DNA of 63,153 bases, filler included, from Reticulomyxa filosa (lineage: Eukaryota; Protista; Foraminifera): NCBI GenBank assembly GCA_000512085.1. It is 14 parts of 14 records of this genome, joined end to end, with 100 filler letters (N's around TTAATTAATTAA, not from the genome) between each part and the next. Parts side by side here need not be neighbours in the genome. Positions count along the whole stretch, not along the records: positions 1 to 2,817 come from ASPP01035447.1; positions 2,918 to 5,369 come from ASPP01013619.1; positions 5,470 to 6,668 come from ASPP01020412.1; positions 6,769 to 12,189 come from ASPP01006603.1; positions 12,290 to 19,166 come from ASPP01021465.1; 9 more parts are not named here. The stretch is one strand, 5' to 3'. A program made the translations under genes and the position numbers. Below the pieces are notes generated by a model that made no database searches, was not told where the DNA came from, and saw nothing but the letters and a program-made list of their open reading frames with translations. Below, one piece after another: positions 1 through 13,919 of the stretch. The stretch's first letter is position 1, and each line of letters opens with the position of its first letter.

Positions 1-2109
1 ATGCAAGACAGCAACACTTGCTTCAAGATATCTGGACATCTTCTTCTCAATACCCACAGCTTATAGAATTGTCGTATTCTAATTGTTGTAAAAACAACAA
101 ACAACAAATCCATTCAAAGTGTCCAGACAGAAAAATGCGAATAGTCAATATTTATTTTAACTTCAATCGTTTTCCAAAAGCATTCGCATCAATGAAGCTC
201 TATTACTTGACAAACAACAAACTCCGATTTGATATATTCCTCAAACCAACGCGAAGACCATACAAACGGTATCTTGGAAATGTTTCAATATTTTTGATCT
301 GTCGATATCAAGGGGGGAGGGGGGGTGGTAAGTGATTACCAAAGAACATAATCACAAATACATGTATAGGTAGATAATCGATATTTGGCCAAATTCTGTG
401 CACTGACGAGTTGGAGCGCATCGAATGAAATATCTCCACAATCATTCATAATCTTTGGTGAAGATGCATATTGACATTTCATTTGTGTTGCATATTCGTC
501 CATATCATCTACTTTATTTTATCAATATGTATATACCAACCATCACCAGTTATCATATTTATTGACGCAATTCATATATCATTAATAATATTCGTCGATA
601 TTTTGCTGCTATTTTTCTCTTTTCTACTTTCCTTAAGTTAATCTTTTTTTTTTTTTTTTCTTCTTCTTCTTCTTATCAATATCAATCTTTTTCTTGGTTT
701 TAATACAAACCTGAAGTACATCATTCTACAATAAAAAAGTACATGCTAACATTATGTTGATTAAGACATTATTACAACAATTGAAAATATGGTTCAAATA
801 ATATATACCTTCAAATAGAGCACGTTGCCTTTGTCATCTCATGCGATCACTCGTGGTATGAGTATACTTTAAGATCACCAGTGTAATTGTGAATATATGC
901 AAATAGATACATTTGCGAAGCCATTCCAAGATTATTGAGCGCGATCCGGATGTTCATTTTTTTATGGACGCGCATGTGCTCGCAACGATTTCCAGATGAA
1001 TGATGCACTAAATTGTCAACGGCGACATTGATAAATTGGAAGCCGTATTCACAAAGTACTCGCTATTTGATTGCTCTTCAAATACGATTTGAATGGAAGA
1101 CAATGGAGCACACTATCATCGGAGGGGGGCCATGTGGACAATAGATTGTGCCAATATCATCTGCAATCGAGGAAAGCCGTTCAATGATCCCAATTCGGCC
1201 AAACATGGTCAGCAACGGATACGTACTATGTGCCGACTATGATGTGATCAAATTATTAATAATTCGAACGCCTTCACTGGGATATATTTTTTATATCAAA
1301 TCTATACAATTACAAAAATCAAGCATTAATTGGAGATTATTGGAAAAAAAAGACAGGTAACTATTTGATCACAATTCACTTTAACTTGTTTGTCTTTCCA
1401 TTACACAAGTGTCCCTTTTGATAATGATATTGAAAACGTAGGGCTTGGTGCTGCGTGTTTCGATGTGGTATCTTGAAGGCGAAGTTTAATTCTTAAGCAT
1501 TCAAAATATCGATTATGTGGAGCGCTTCTTCGAGTTCACATTGCCACCTTTATTCAATAACAATTATTCCGGTACATTTTTATCAATGGAGCTGGACGGT
1601 ACGACTATTGTAGTGGATGTGTGTGTTTTTTTTTTGAGACGATTTCACTTTCATGAATGCTTGTATGTTGAATAGCGAGTTCTTGATGCTGTCGGGAGCG
1701 CATTATTGGTTATTTAAAATGAGGACAGATTATATTCATGTATGCACATAGAATCATCATCCAAACGACGAATAAATATTTATACATATACACTAATATG
1801 TTTAATGCATTGTCGCCTGCAAATAAAGTGGAGATAATGATACAGCGGCCCAGTTGAATATAACAATGAAAATGTGAAATGTGGTTGTATTGTGCCGCCG
1901 AGTATAGTGTAATGCTTGCTTCTTGACGATCACTACTTTATATCTTCACAACATCTTTAAGCTCCATTTGATCGGGTCCAATGCAAATCTATTATTATAA
2001 GTATGTTATCATATTTAAATAAACAAACAAACAAAAAAATACTTAACTATTGTTGTATCCTCGCACGAGGCAACAATTCCAACAAAAAAAATTCAAAAAT
2101 AAAATTACA

Positions 2110-2360
2110 ACGATTATCTTTTTTTCATTTTTTCTTTTTCACCTTCTTTTTTTTTTCATTTTATTTTTATTTCTTTTTTTTTTTTCTTATTTTCTTTTTT
2201 TCTTTCTTTTTTCTATTTCTTTTTTTATTTTCTTTTTCTATTCTTTTTCTTTTTTTCCATTTTCTTTTTTTTTTTTTATTATCATCTTTTTTTTTTTCCC
2301 CCTTCTTCATTTCCCTTTTTTTAATTTATTACTCTATTTTTTTTTTTGCTTTATTTTTTT
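2110..2360. repeat. Low-complexity T-rich tract (non-coding)
   Basis: Runs of T interrupted by C/A; generates the spurious poly-Phe ORFs 2003..2362 and 2050..2613. Confidence 0.85.
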
Positions 2361-2817
2361 AACCCCACCACCCTTAAGTTTTTTTTCTTCACCCCCCCCA
2401 CTTGACCTTTTTCATTATTTTTATACATTGTACCTAATATCTATATACACACAAACAAAGTTACATTTATATTTTTTAAAAAACAAAACAGAAACGTTTA
2501 ACTCCAACAAGCGGGGATCCATTCAGGCTAAGTTATCTTTTTTTTCCCTATATAAACACTTAATACATATTTGTTTTGTTTTTGGGGGATTGGGAATAAC
2601 AATAAATAAATAAAAATATAAACATATAATTTTTTTTCTTTGAAGGGGGAATTCCTATTACTTCAAAACACAAACACACCACATCATATAATAAAAGTAT
2701 ATATGAAAACATTAATACAAACATAATCATACTTTTTTTGCTCCTTTCGGAGGCGGGGTGGATTTCGACCCCGATTTTCTTTTTCATTTTTCATTTTTTT
2801 TTTATTTTGTGTGTGTG

Positions 2818-2917
2818 NNNNNNNNNNNNNNNNNNNNNNNNNNNNNNNNNNNNNNNNNNNNTTAATTAATTAANNNNNNNNNNNNNNNNNNNNNNNNNNN
2901 NNNNNNNNNNNNNNNNN
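2818..2917. other. Artificial contig-joining spacer (N44-TTAATTAATTAA-N44); first of 13
   Basis: Identical 100-nt spacers at 2818, 5370, 6669, 12190, 19167, 27378, 41239, 43913, 45895, 53321, 54686, 55940 and 57874. The TTAATTAATTAA core places stops in all six frames. Base composition changes abruptly across some spacers. Confidence 0.98.
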
Positions 2918-5369
2918 AAAAAAAAAAAAAAAAAAAAAAAAAAAAAGCATACCGGCATTGATAGGCGAGCGGATAGCATAGGCAGTGTAGAGATCCTCTG
3001 GATGTTGCCACTCCACAATGGAATTGTTTCCCGGAGAAGAAGTGCTGATCGCGTATTGGAGCAAGTTGAATATGCTAATCAAACAGCTGCGCACTGACGA
3101 ACCGTACGCGGCCACATTGCCAGACTGTTGGACAATGGTGAGCATTTGATCACTGGCTCCTCGTGCAGTGAGAATGTCTTGACTGCTAAGAACGGGCGGG
3201 GCAAACATGGCATCTGCGCTGAGCATGGAAAGGAAGCGATCGGTGATTTTGCCATTGGCGTGACCGTCTTGGGGCGGACGATAGGACAAGCAGCTCGAAT
3301 TATACATTACCGCATACAATTGCGTAAACAGGGACAGCGACACATTCGACAAGGTCGTGGTGGACACACTCAGCTGATATGCCGCTTGTCGCAAAGCCTT
3401 TGCCAAGTGATTTATTTGTAAACATTGATCGTGACAGACGATTGCAAGACATGTTTCAACTAGTATTGAGACCAAAACACAAATATATAAAACAATAATT
3501 GGAAACTGCATTGGTCGTATCGTCAGTACACCAATCGACATCGCTTGCGATTGAATTGAGAGTGGAGTATAGCATTTCCACCAAAGCATTGCACACCAAT
3601 TTGTTACTTGCCAATGTTGCTGCGGACGTCGATATTGTCTTTTCATATTATTATTGTTGTTGTTGTTGTTGTTGTTTTTATTTTTATTTATTTCTGGTTT
3701 TGTTAAAAAAGAATTCGACTATGAAGAGAAACAATGATGTATATGCAATGTATAATAAAGAGAGCACTAACAGCAGCGACGGATTGATACGCCTTCAATG
3801 CAATGTTTTGTTGCAAATTGGACTGAACACTTTGCTGCAAATCATCACAAATGTTGGTAGTGCCATTGCCAGCATTGGCAGGTGCAACCGTAAACACGAC
3901 CACATTTTTGCCAATTCCGCCATACAAGTCCGTGGCGTATGCCCATAACGTAATTTGCCCATCTGGCAATTTCAATCCAGACAACGACAGACTGCTCGTA
4001 TTGCCCACTAACAACTGCTCCGCGCCGCCATTTTGTTGGTACGTCAACGTGAATGTGTAAGGCCCGTACGACCCGTACACATGTACCACCGCCACTGTAA
4101 AGTCCGTTATCAGCGCCACGCCTCCGGAGCTTGGAGTGACGAGCACTGCTCCCACCACCGGGCGTGGCGTTGCAACAAAGCCTAGTGACGCCTTGCCAGA
4201 GAATAAGCTACCCGGTTCAGAGATATTTTGTACCGTCACATTGCATTCGAACGTCTTTAATTATTATTTGTTATATACATACATACATACATTATTTACA
4301 CAAAATATACATATATATATATATATACACACATATACAAAACATAGAGAGTCCCATCCGTTAAAGTGGACTCCGGAATGATCAAGATCGACGAGTTCTG
4401 AATCTCTTTGGTAGACCACGTATATGCCGAGAGCAAAGCAGAAGTCTCGGTCCACTGCCAGGATACGACGCGACAAGAGTGGCACGTGGCGACGGCGTAC
4501 AGATAAATGGGAGAAGACGAATACAATTGCGACTGCGTCGTGGAAATGGAGATGGAAAGAGGTCGAGTGACTACGTGGATATCGACGGAATCCATATTCA
4601 TACGGGTGCTCTCTGTTGGATCGGTGAGGATCAATATCCACGTGTACGTGTGTTCAGGCACCATCGTGAGGGATGGAATATGCAATGTCGACTCGTTCGA
4701 AAGGAACTTGGGCCATGAGAAATTCAAATACGCACTGTTGTTTGCAATCTCCTCCTGCAAGTATCCATCCACCAAGAGTTGCCATTCAAACAACAACGAG
4801 CCCACCACCCCGTCGGTCTCATTCCAATCGCGAGATTGCAAACTTCCATCCAACGTCAACGCCTCGCCATACCATAGTTGTCTATTTCCACCGGGAATTC
4901 TCGCCAATATTCCCGATGACACAATCTCTACGTCAAACGAGTTCGATGTCGTCATTGCAAATACACTATTCTCCAAACTCATTGCAACAAATGAGTATTT
5001 GCCGATCTATTCACACCATTTACAGTTTGCATTATAAATACATAGCATATATGTGTATATGTGATATATCATATATGTTATCTTTTGCACATACTTTCAC
5101 TAGTCCAGCTGGAATTGTGATTCGATTACCTTGACTTGTATATTCAAACTCGGTCCAAGATCCATTTTGAGTAAAACCCAGCCTTTTTTTTCCCCCCCCC
5201 CAAAAAAAAAAAAAAAAGTATGTATACACGTGTATATAAAATATGTGGTATTAACAAAAACTAGGTAATCAAATACTAACCATTGAAATTCTAAAGAAAC
5301 AATTTGTGAGCAGTTGGAAGGAAAAACAGCATTGACCTCCAATTGCAAAGGCTTTCCAATAACCCATTG
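2918..5369 (-). CDS. REJ/PKD-module protein (polycystin-1/REJ-like ectodomain), multi-exon, partial at both ends
   Basis: Minus-strand exons in ORFs 5100..5348, 4296..4982, 3703..4239 and 2870..3646, separated by (TA)n-rich introns. The motif ARIPGGNRQLWYGEALTLDGSLQSRD and strands LLFEWQL, YTWILILTD, YTFTLTY and LKLPDGQITLWAYATDLYG match the REJ module pattern; a helical region follows. Confidence 0.7.
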
Positions 5370-5584
5370 NNNNNNNNNNNNNNNNNNNNNNNNNNNNNNN
5401 NNNNNNNNNNNNNTTAATTAATTAANNNNNNNNNNNNNNNNNNNNNNNNNNNNNNNNNNNNNNNNNNNNAAAAAAAAAAAAAAAAAAGTAAATAAAACGA
5501 GTACTACTGTCTCGCTCAAGAACAAGCAAAAAAAAAAATTAAAAAAAATAGAAAACAGAAGTATCCAGGAGTAAATAAGAAAAG

Positions 5585-6640
5585 ATGTCAGCAGGAGCTG
5601 ATGATAATGATGATGAAAACGGTTGGAACTTTGACGCGGACAAGTATATGTGGATACAAGAGCGAATGAAGAAGAGAGAGGAGAGAAGAAGGAGGCCAGG
5701 GACATTGGAGTTTACAAAGAAGCAAGAGGAGGAGGAGAAAGAGAAATCGAAGCAAGAGGTGTTGGAAAAGAATAAGGAAAAGAATGCAAAAGAAAGACAA
5801 GCAAAGCAAAAGAGAGAAGAGACGATGCAAGAGAAATACGAAGAAAAGAAGAGAATAGAAAAGGAAGAGAAATTGAAAGAAGAGGAAGAAAGACAAGAGA
5901 AGTTAACGGAGAAGGAGGAGCAAAAAAGGAAAGAGAAAGAAAAGGAAGACGAAATCAATAAGAAGCGAGTGAAAGATTATCAAAAGATGTTGGCAAAGCA
6001 AAAGAAAGAGCAAATCAAAGCGTTATCACGAGCCAAAGGGGTATCGAAAAATAAAAATGAAAATAATAATATCGATAAGCAAAAAAACTTGGAACCATCG
6101 TTGGCTAAAAAACAATCGATAAACAAAAAAACTTTATCGATCGATATGAAAGATGACATTCTCAAATGTCTTCGCGAAGGCCAATTGGACAAGGTCAACT
6201 ACTTTGTCCAACATCACCCTCCCGAGATTTACAAGAAAGACCCTTTGAAAAACAACGTCTTGCATCTCTCTTGTCGCCATGGCAGCACACAGGCGCTCCA
6301 ACTGTTTCTGCCCTTCATGCAACAGATACATATCAACGCACAAAACAACGACGGAAATACCCCTGCTTTGATTTGCATTTTAACCAATCATTTCGATTGC
6401 TTGCAAGCCTTACTTCAATACACTTCTCTCTGCGACTTGGATTTGAAATTCTGTTTTGTTGTTGTTGTTGTTGTATATACGTTGTATATACATATATGTA
6501 ATATGTATATATATATATATATATATGTATATGTTTTTTGTTTGTTTGAAATTATACATCCACATATTGAATGAATAGAGATTTTATGTTTTGTGATTTG
6601 TTATGTTATATAATAGCATGGACGAACTGCTTTGCTCGAG
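5585..6640 (+). CDS. Ankyrin-repeat protein with N-terminal charged coiled coil, 3' partial
   Basis: E/K/R-rich helix, then ankyrin motifs KNNVLHLSCRHG and INAQNNDGNTPALICILTNH. After an intron, a further HGRTALL exon lies at about 6617. Confidence 0.8.
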
Positions 6641-6768
6641 GTTTTATGCTTTTTTTTTTTCCCCCCCCNNNNNNNNNNNNNNNNNNNNNNNNNNNNNNNN
6701 NNNNNNNNNNNNTTAATTAATTAANNNNNNNNNNNNNNNNNNNNNNNNNNNNNNNNNNNNNNNNNNNN

Positions 6769-7475
6769 TTTTTTTTTTGGAGACAAGCAAAAAAGACTCA
6801 GCGGCTGTCGGAATTTCGTGCGATGCTTTTTTTTTGCGGACAGTGACGTCTCCGATTGAAATGACGAGTCGTCATCATCTCGTTTGTTATTTTTCTTGAC
6901 TCTTCGTCTTTGTCGCGCTTTTGAATTGCTGCTCAAATAGGAGTCCAAGGAAGACGAAGAACACTCTCTTTGTAGCTTGCTTTTCTTTTTTTCAATTGGT
7001 GGAGCCACTTCTGCACACACGTTCCAAAATACCAATAGTTTTTTTAGTATCCCTAATTTTTTATTAAAAAATGTTTCCAAAAAAAAGTACTTTGAGCTAT
7101 GCATATACCATTATCTTTTGAGGTTTGATCAAGCCACTGCAGATTGAACACACCTCCTGAATCAAAACCTCTCTTTTTTGCGTGATCGGGGTCGTGTCCT
7201 ATTATCTTGTTGATATCTATTTCCCCACTCGTGCTCAAAAAATCCAATAATTTACTTTCAATATTGAAGGCGACATGAAGAATTAACAATATTTGTTGAA
7301 CTGAGACTTGTAGGCTGTTGACAGTTGCTTGTAATTGTGACACCTTTTTGTTAGTTTTCGCACATTTACTCAATATAATAACATAAATTAAGCGGGGAAA
7401 AAAAAATATTGACCTTGTAGATATTGTATCCATCTTCTACTGATTCGGTCTTTACCGAACCCTGCATTGCTAATG
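6769..7475 (-). CDS. Hypothetical protein (spliced, basic/Ser-rich C-terminal part), partial
   Basis: Coding-like ORFs 7053..7433 and 6721..7104 with plausible GT-AG boundaries; no recognisable domain. Confidence 0.35.
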
Positions 7476-9089
7476 CCGGGGTCTGGATTTACAATTGTTC
7501 CCAAAAAGTACTTTTCGAATTATATCCGATTCTCATTTAATTACTAACAAAATAACAAAAAAAAGTTGAATTAGATATGCTGATGGATGTTTCTGATACT
7601 TTTGCATCTCTATAACTTTTACTCAAATCTACAATTATTTGATAAAAATATTAGAACATAACTTTTTTAAAATTTTTGCACTGAAGGTCGTCGGACTAAT
7701 CCTTGATTCACTCCACACCACTTAACTATATACGCCAAAGTGCAAACAAAGAAAGTCGAAAAACACCTGGTCCAAATAGTACATTCACTAAATAATACAA
7801 AACGAAAAAAGTGCAATTTTAAAACAAAACAACTAATTTCAATTTCAAAAAATTTATCAAGCAAATCATTTCAATTTTTCTTCTGGTTTAATAATGGTGC
7901 AATTGCTTTAATTATTGACAATAATTACTTACTGTTGCTTGTGATGCTACAATTTCATCTTTCAATTCTATTATTTGATTACTTTTATGTTTTCATTCAC
8001 TCCATTATTTGTTTAACTTTTATTCTTTGATTTCATCAAAATATCTTTGTAATTTGGAACTTTGGGTTTTTCTTTTGGATTTATTATTACTTTCACTTGT
8101 TCATTATTATAAATTTTATTTCTTTGATATAATTTCAATTTACTTACATTTATTATTTTTTAAATCACATTACATAATATTGTATTATTTGCATAACACA
8201 GATTTATGTAATATTTGATTTTTTCCTTTAATTACAGTTTTCAAATCTATTATTTATTTTTCCACAATAATTGCATACTTTCGAATCATTTTAATCTTTT
8301 GCAAAATTATTCACTTGAAACACTTTCTGTATTATGTGAAATTTTATCTTGAACGACATCATACTTTTCAAAGATTTCACGTTTCGCTTCATTAAATCAA
8401 TATTGAATTCTTTTAATTGACCGCTTTTTGAACATACAATGTATTTGCAAATACCACTTTCTTCAATCACAATATCAATATAAAAATTTTGCAATGTGAT
8501 TACTATATAATATACAAAAATTTTTTAGAAATTTAATGCAATGTTATGTCTTTTTCTTTGATTTTTTGCCACATAGCCAATAAAATTCACAAGTAAAATA
8601 ATCTTTCAAAATAAACTTCAGATCTTGTTAGATGTTGAAGTAAGACTCTCGCTTGTGCTTGTTTCTACTTCAAAAAACGACTTTTTCAGTCAATTTGAAA
8701 ATTATTATAAAGTGGCCTAATTTTTTTTTACAACTAAAACATACTTACAATCCTTGGGGCAATCATAAAAAAGAGCTTAGCTGCTTTTTGTCACAATATC
8801 TATGAAGCTGTATTAAAAGTATAAAGATATATAACCTTTGACGTATTTTTTACTTGGTTTTGAAAGAGTGTAGAAAACTTCAGATACATTATGAAATCGT
8901 GATCCGGCCTTTTGAAATGATATAACACAGTAAGTATTTGAGAATGTAATGTAAACGTGGTTGTGAACACAATCAAATCATAAATAAAAGTAAAAAAGCC
9001 TACACAACAAATAAGTCAAATCAAAAGTTGTTATCAGATACATATTTTTCCCGAGTCTTACAATCCATTATGAATATTTGGGTCAAAAA

Positions 9090-12000
9090 TCATTTTCGAT
9101 TGGATTTTTGCGAATTTTTACCGCGTTGCATAATTACTGCGTGTGGGGGTTTCCACTCCTTGGGATCAGCTAGAGCATTTTCTTTCCAAAACCTGAAACC
9201 CAACACACTTTCCAGAAACATACGTTGATTTTTATTCATTTCAATTTCAAGGAAATACTTTTTTTCTTCTCTGGTCATGCCTTGTTTGGATGAAATGTGA
9301 ATTGTCTATGTTAAGGCAGCACATAAACATGACACAAGTTGTACACGTTTTGTGTTTTTACAAAAAAAGACAAAACTTCCGTAATTTCTTCAATCATTTC
9401 ATTTGCAACTTTTCTCCTTTCATCATTCCCATAAATTGCGATATAAAGTTTAGGGAGCTCTTCAGCAAAGTATTCTAAGTTTCTCCCATGTGATAATAAC
9501 CAAAATGGGAGGAAATAATTGGGAGAATAGACAATTGGTAATAAATTTTGTGTTTGTGTTTGCGATTTGTGATTCAAATTGGGCAAGGAATTTTTGAAAA
9601 ATTGAATATTATTAACGGCATCAATTTCCTCTTTTTTTCCCTGGATTAATTCTATTTTAATTTGACACTCTTTGCTAATATAATCCAATATCGATTCTTG
9701 AGACACCAAATAGCGACGATACGCCTCGCTATTTTGTACGTTGTATGTCGCCGAGTATGTACGGTTGGTTAACACTTGTGCATGAGTCGATGATATTGGC
9801 AAGTACTCCACTTTCTTTTTTTTTTGAATTGGTTATGTATACGTATTGTTATTAAAGTATTCGATTGAAAGGGGTATTTTTTTTTTAAAAAGATGTACAT
9901 AACTTGGAATAAATCTCGTAACAAGTCAATGGCTATTTCTTTTGCCAAATCATTGCCATAAAAAAAGAGCATTTTTGAATCGGGATCGATTTGAATATCA
10001 CATTGACTATGTTTGCGAATGTTATCCAATCGGGTTTCATGTTTAATTGCATTTGCAGTGGAGTCGACAGATGACGTGTCATTGGAATCATCCATCGAAA
10101 TGACTTCTTCGTCCTCTTTTCCTTCGTTCGAGTGAATAAACTCGTGTGTGTCCAATTCAAATGGGAGATTTTCTTCGAGCAATACAGCAAGTTTGTTGCC
10201 GACATAAGCATAGCCGATATTTGAGCAGATTTGCCTGTAATCTTCGTTGATCATTTGCAGTTCCGTGGACACTAGTCCGTCGTTGCTCGTCGCATGCAAT
10301 GGTAGAGGCATGACGTGGACACAGTTATTGAATGGATCATTGTGCACAAATAAAGTCGAGTATTTCTTTCGACAACATTTATTCAGCGCTTGTGCCAATA
10401 CAAGTCCTTTCGCTTTGTTTTCGATTGGAAGGCTTTGCGATTTCTATTCAAGAGACATTCACAATTATAAATAAATAAATGTACACGCATATATGTGCAT
10501 TTATTTATTTATCATTTCGAAACAATAAATAAATAATAGAAATAAACAATAAACCTCAAAACAGGCATTTAAATACTGTTCTGCCGATTGAACGTTTTGC
10601 AGTTTACCCAAAATGCGAAAAACAACACCCGACGAAGACACCGTTTTCGAAATAATAGTTTGCGTGTGTGTCTGTAAAGGGGTGAGGAGCTCACGTTCGA
10701 ACGTTTCGTCGCTCCAACATTGACTGCTGGAAATAACGGGCAAATGCAAAGGAGGTGGATGCTGTTGTGAGGGAGGAATAGCCTTTCGAAGCATAAGTTT
10801 TTGGTGGCAATCAAAATCCACGGCCGTGTATTCTTCCAACAATTGCATAGCTTTGTCATACACTTTCACTCGCAACAACGGGTCGTCTGCCAGAATGATC
10901 ATTTCTTTGGAATTTAATGTTAGTTCACAATTATATTTGCTCTCCGATTTGGGAAAAAAATGCTCTAGCACCTCGTAGTCTTTACTCGACTCGCTCAATG
11001 GAATGTGTTTGATGGACTGGCCAATTACTTGCAACGTTTGTAGAGCCAGTTGGAGTGACTCCGTCTTCGTGGCATTGCCAAGGAGTAACAAGTGATGTGG
11101 ATACTTGTCTTTGTTGTCTAACACATAAATGCGAATCGACGCTTCGTTTTCGATTTCCCTTAGCATTTTCTTATTGTTTTCTGTCAATAGCGACACCATT
11201 TGATTTACATTCACCACCAAATAATTATAGTTCTATATACACATATGTATGTATGTAACAAAAGCATAGAATGACAATTCCAAATAAGCGTAACAATAAT
11301 AATAAATAATAATAATAATAATAAAATATCAACTTTTAAAAATTGTTGAATTTCATTGAATACTTGCTTCGCCCAATGTTTACGGCCATAGATCACCAAA
11401 TCGAAATTATTATGTTGAACGGACTTCCATGCAAAGAAAACTTTTGAGTTGAATTTTTTCCACACACTTTGCATCGGCTCTTGTTTCCAATTGAATAGTG
11501 TCTGACGCAACAAAGGATTGTCTCGCAATAACTCGTTCAACTGGGATAAGGACTTGTCAGCGTCATTGTCAATGTAAGGCTGCCACTCGTGTGGACTGCA
11601 TATCTCTTCCAATTTTGCTTTGATGTTGGCGAGTCTGTCCGGGGTTATGCCCTTTTCATCGTACACGTAGATGTTCCATTTGTTGTCGTAGCATATCTCA
11701 CATTCTAAATCCAGTTGCAACTTATTCATTAGCACTTGTCTTTATTTAATGTATGTGCAAATGACTCAAGGAGAAGAAAAACAAAGGAATATACCAAACA
11801 AGCTACAAACGTGCTAGTGCGCTGTTGGCCATGGATAGGTTTGGAGTCAGAAACAATGGAGCGCATGAGACCCTGGAAATGCATGGCATTTTGGAGTGGG
11901 ATGATGTGCGTGTGATCCATAATGTGTTGAATCTTTTCTCGTGCTTGTTTTTTCGCCCTGTTCGTTCCAATTAGTAATGCTTTGCCTTCCCACGCTTTGT

Positions 12001-12170
12001 CAAATGGAATCCATGGTTTCACCCAACGCCATTTTTTGTTCGTTTTTTTTAGCATTCGTTCAATCTTTTATTTATTTATTTATTTATTTGTAGTTCAAAC
12101 ATATTCGTATGATAATATTATATTATCCTTTGGCTGTGACGGAGGAAGAAGAGCATTCCACTTTCAAAAG
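9090..12170 (-). CDS. Multi-exon protein with tandem degenerate KH-like repeats, 5' partial
   Basis: Exons in ORFs 11729..12055, 11211..11735, 10501..11220, 9769..10398, 9311..9811 and 9090..9278. A hydrophobic strand-G-amphipathic helix motif recurs (LLIGTNRAKKQAREKI, VIYGRKHWAKQVFNEI, FRILGKLQNVQSAEQYL, FFYGNDLAKEIAIDLL, AIYGNDERRKVANEMI). Confidence 0.55.
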
Positions 12171-12289
12171 GCAAAAAAAAAAAAAAAAANNNNNNNNNNN
12201 NNNNNNNNNNNNNNNNNNNNNNNNNNNNNNNNNTTAATTAATTAANNNNNNNNNNNNNNNNNNNNNNNNNNNNNNNNNNNNNNNNNNNN

Positions 12290-12323
<34 letters not shown>

Positions 12324-13919
12324 CAAAAAGTTACAAAAAAAAATGTTAAAAATACATGAACAAAAAAAAAAAAATAAATGCAAAAGGGACTTTTCTAAAA
12401 AAAAAAAAAAGCAAAGTATGACAGTAAGTGCAAAAAGTGCAAGAAGGGATAGCAAGGTGGAAAAAAACAAATCAATCAAGCAAAAAATAAAAAATAAAAA
12501 ATAAAGAAAAATAATAGCCGGCAAAAATAATGAATGACAGGACCCTCAATAGAATATCAATCTATTCAAAAAAAAAAAAAAAAAAAAACAATGAATTTAT
12601 AATTTGATCAAAGATAATGAATTGGTTAGACTATAAATCAATAACGTATAACTGCATTGACCATAAATATCCAATGACAACGGCCGTCGTCAGCCGATAA
12701 AAAAAAAAATGTAGGCATCGCAATGTGTATGATAAAGTCTCGACACTCTATTAACACAGTGTACCACTGGCAACAGAGATTGAGACTAGTGCGTTCATCC
12801 GCGATGAACGATTTCACCAGTCCTGCTATTGAAACGGCGCGATGATGGGATGCAACATCCGATGACAAACACATGGTCGTCGGCGTGGTCTTCGTTGCTC
12901 ATATCATCCGCCCGCCTACCAAATTTCTTGTTGCGATGTTGATCGCAACTCCTTAAAAAAAAAAAATGCGCCGACGGCTGACTGACTCCACCACAACATC
13001 CACCATTCCATCTGCAATAATCCACCAACAAAAAAATAACCAGGAGCCCACAAATCCAATATCCACGAATAATCCTAATAGTCTGTATTATTCAAATTTT
13101 CATAACACTCCAAACTTTTAGCCTTAAAAAAACAAAACAAAATAAAAATCATTTCTTTAACCTTTTTGGAGCGATATCGACGTTGATTCCAACGGATCAC
13201 TAGAATCTTGACACTACGACTTTGAGAACTGCTCTAAAAAAGGGGAGAAAAGGTTCATCTTTGACAACACTTTCAACTTTTTCACTCACCAAAATTCTCA
13301 AAAATATTTTTTGTTTGTGAACAGTCAATAATCAAAATTAAATTGATGCCTAGCAGTAATGCAACATTTTTTGAGACACACAAGCGATATCTATTTCAGA
13401 TGATTGAAAAATTAAAAAATGTAACAAATTTCTTTGATACTATCACCTATCGTTCATTATTTAGTCAGTCCTTTTCTATGAGCAAAAAGGAATTTTAATA
13501 ACATAAGTCCTTTAATAAAAAATTTTTAATTTTTTAACACTGAGAGAATATCTTACTTGAGAAGAGGAAAAAAGGATTATAGTGGCCACAAATAAAATAA
13601 AAAAACGCGTAATAAGTTTGGTATAAAAATATAATTTAAGGATTGCGTACAGTTGCAAGTAGCAAAGACTTTGAAGTCCTTGGAGCTTGGCAAGAGGACT
13701 AATAAAGAGGGTTTGATGAAAGCTTGTTGCGAGATATGTACTTCAAAAAGTACAAAGAAACCCAAAGAATATTGATTGTTCAGTATCAAAAATGGGTTGG
13801 ATCTTTGAAATCGCAAATGAAAGAAAAACAAGAAAACTCTTTAGTTATTTTTCATTTTCTGTTTTTCGGTCCAGAACCTAGCTGAAAACATTTTTTATAG
13901 TTAGATTATGATTTAACAC

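Noticed and set aside
2003-2613. Phe-rich 'membrane protein' ORFs (also 12234..12524, 19274..19639, 5539..5958)
   Set aside because: Translations of T-rich low-complexity DNA or the antisense of Lys/Glu-rich coding sequence.
7850-8500. Possible decayed zinc-finger/coiled-coil gene remnant on the minus strand
   Set aside because: Too degenerate and AT-rich to support a call.
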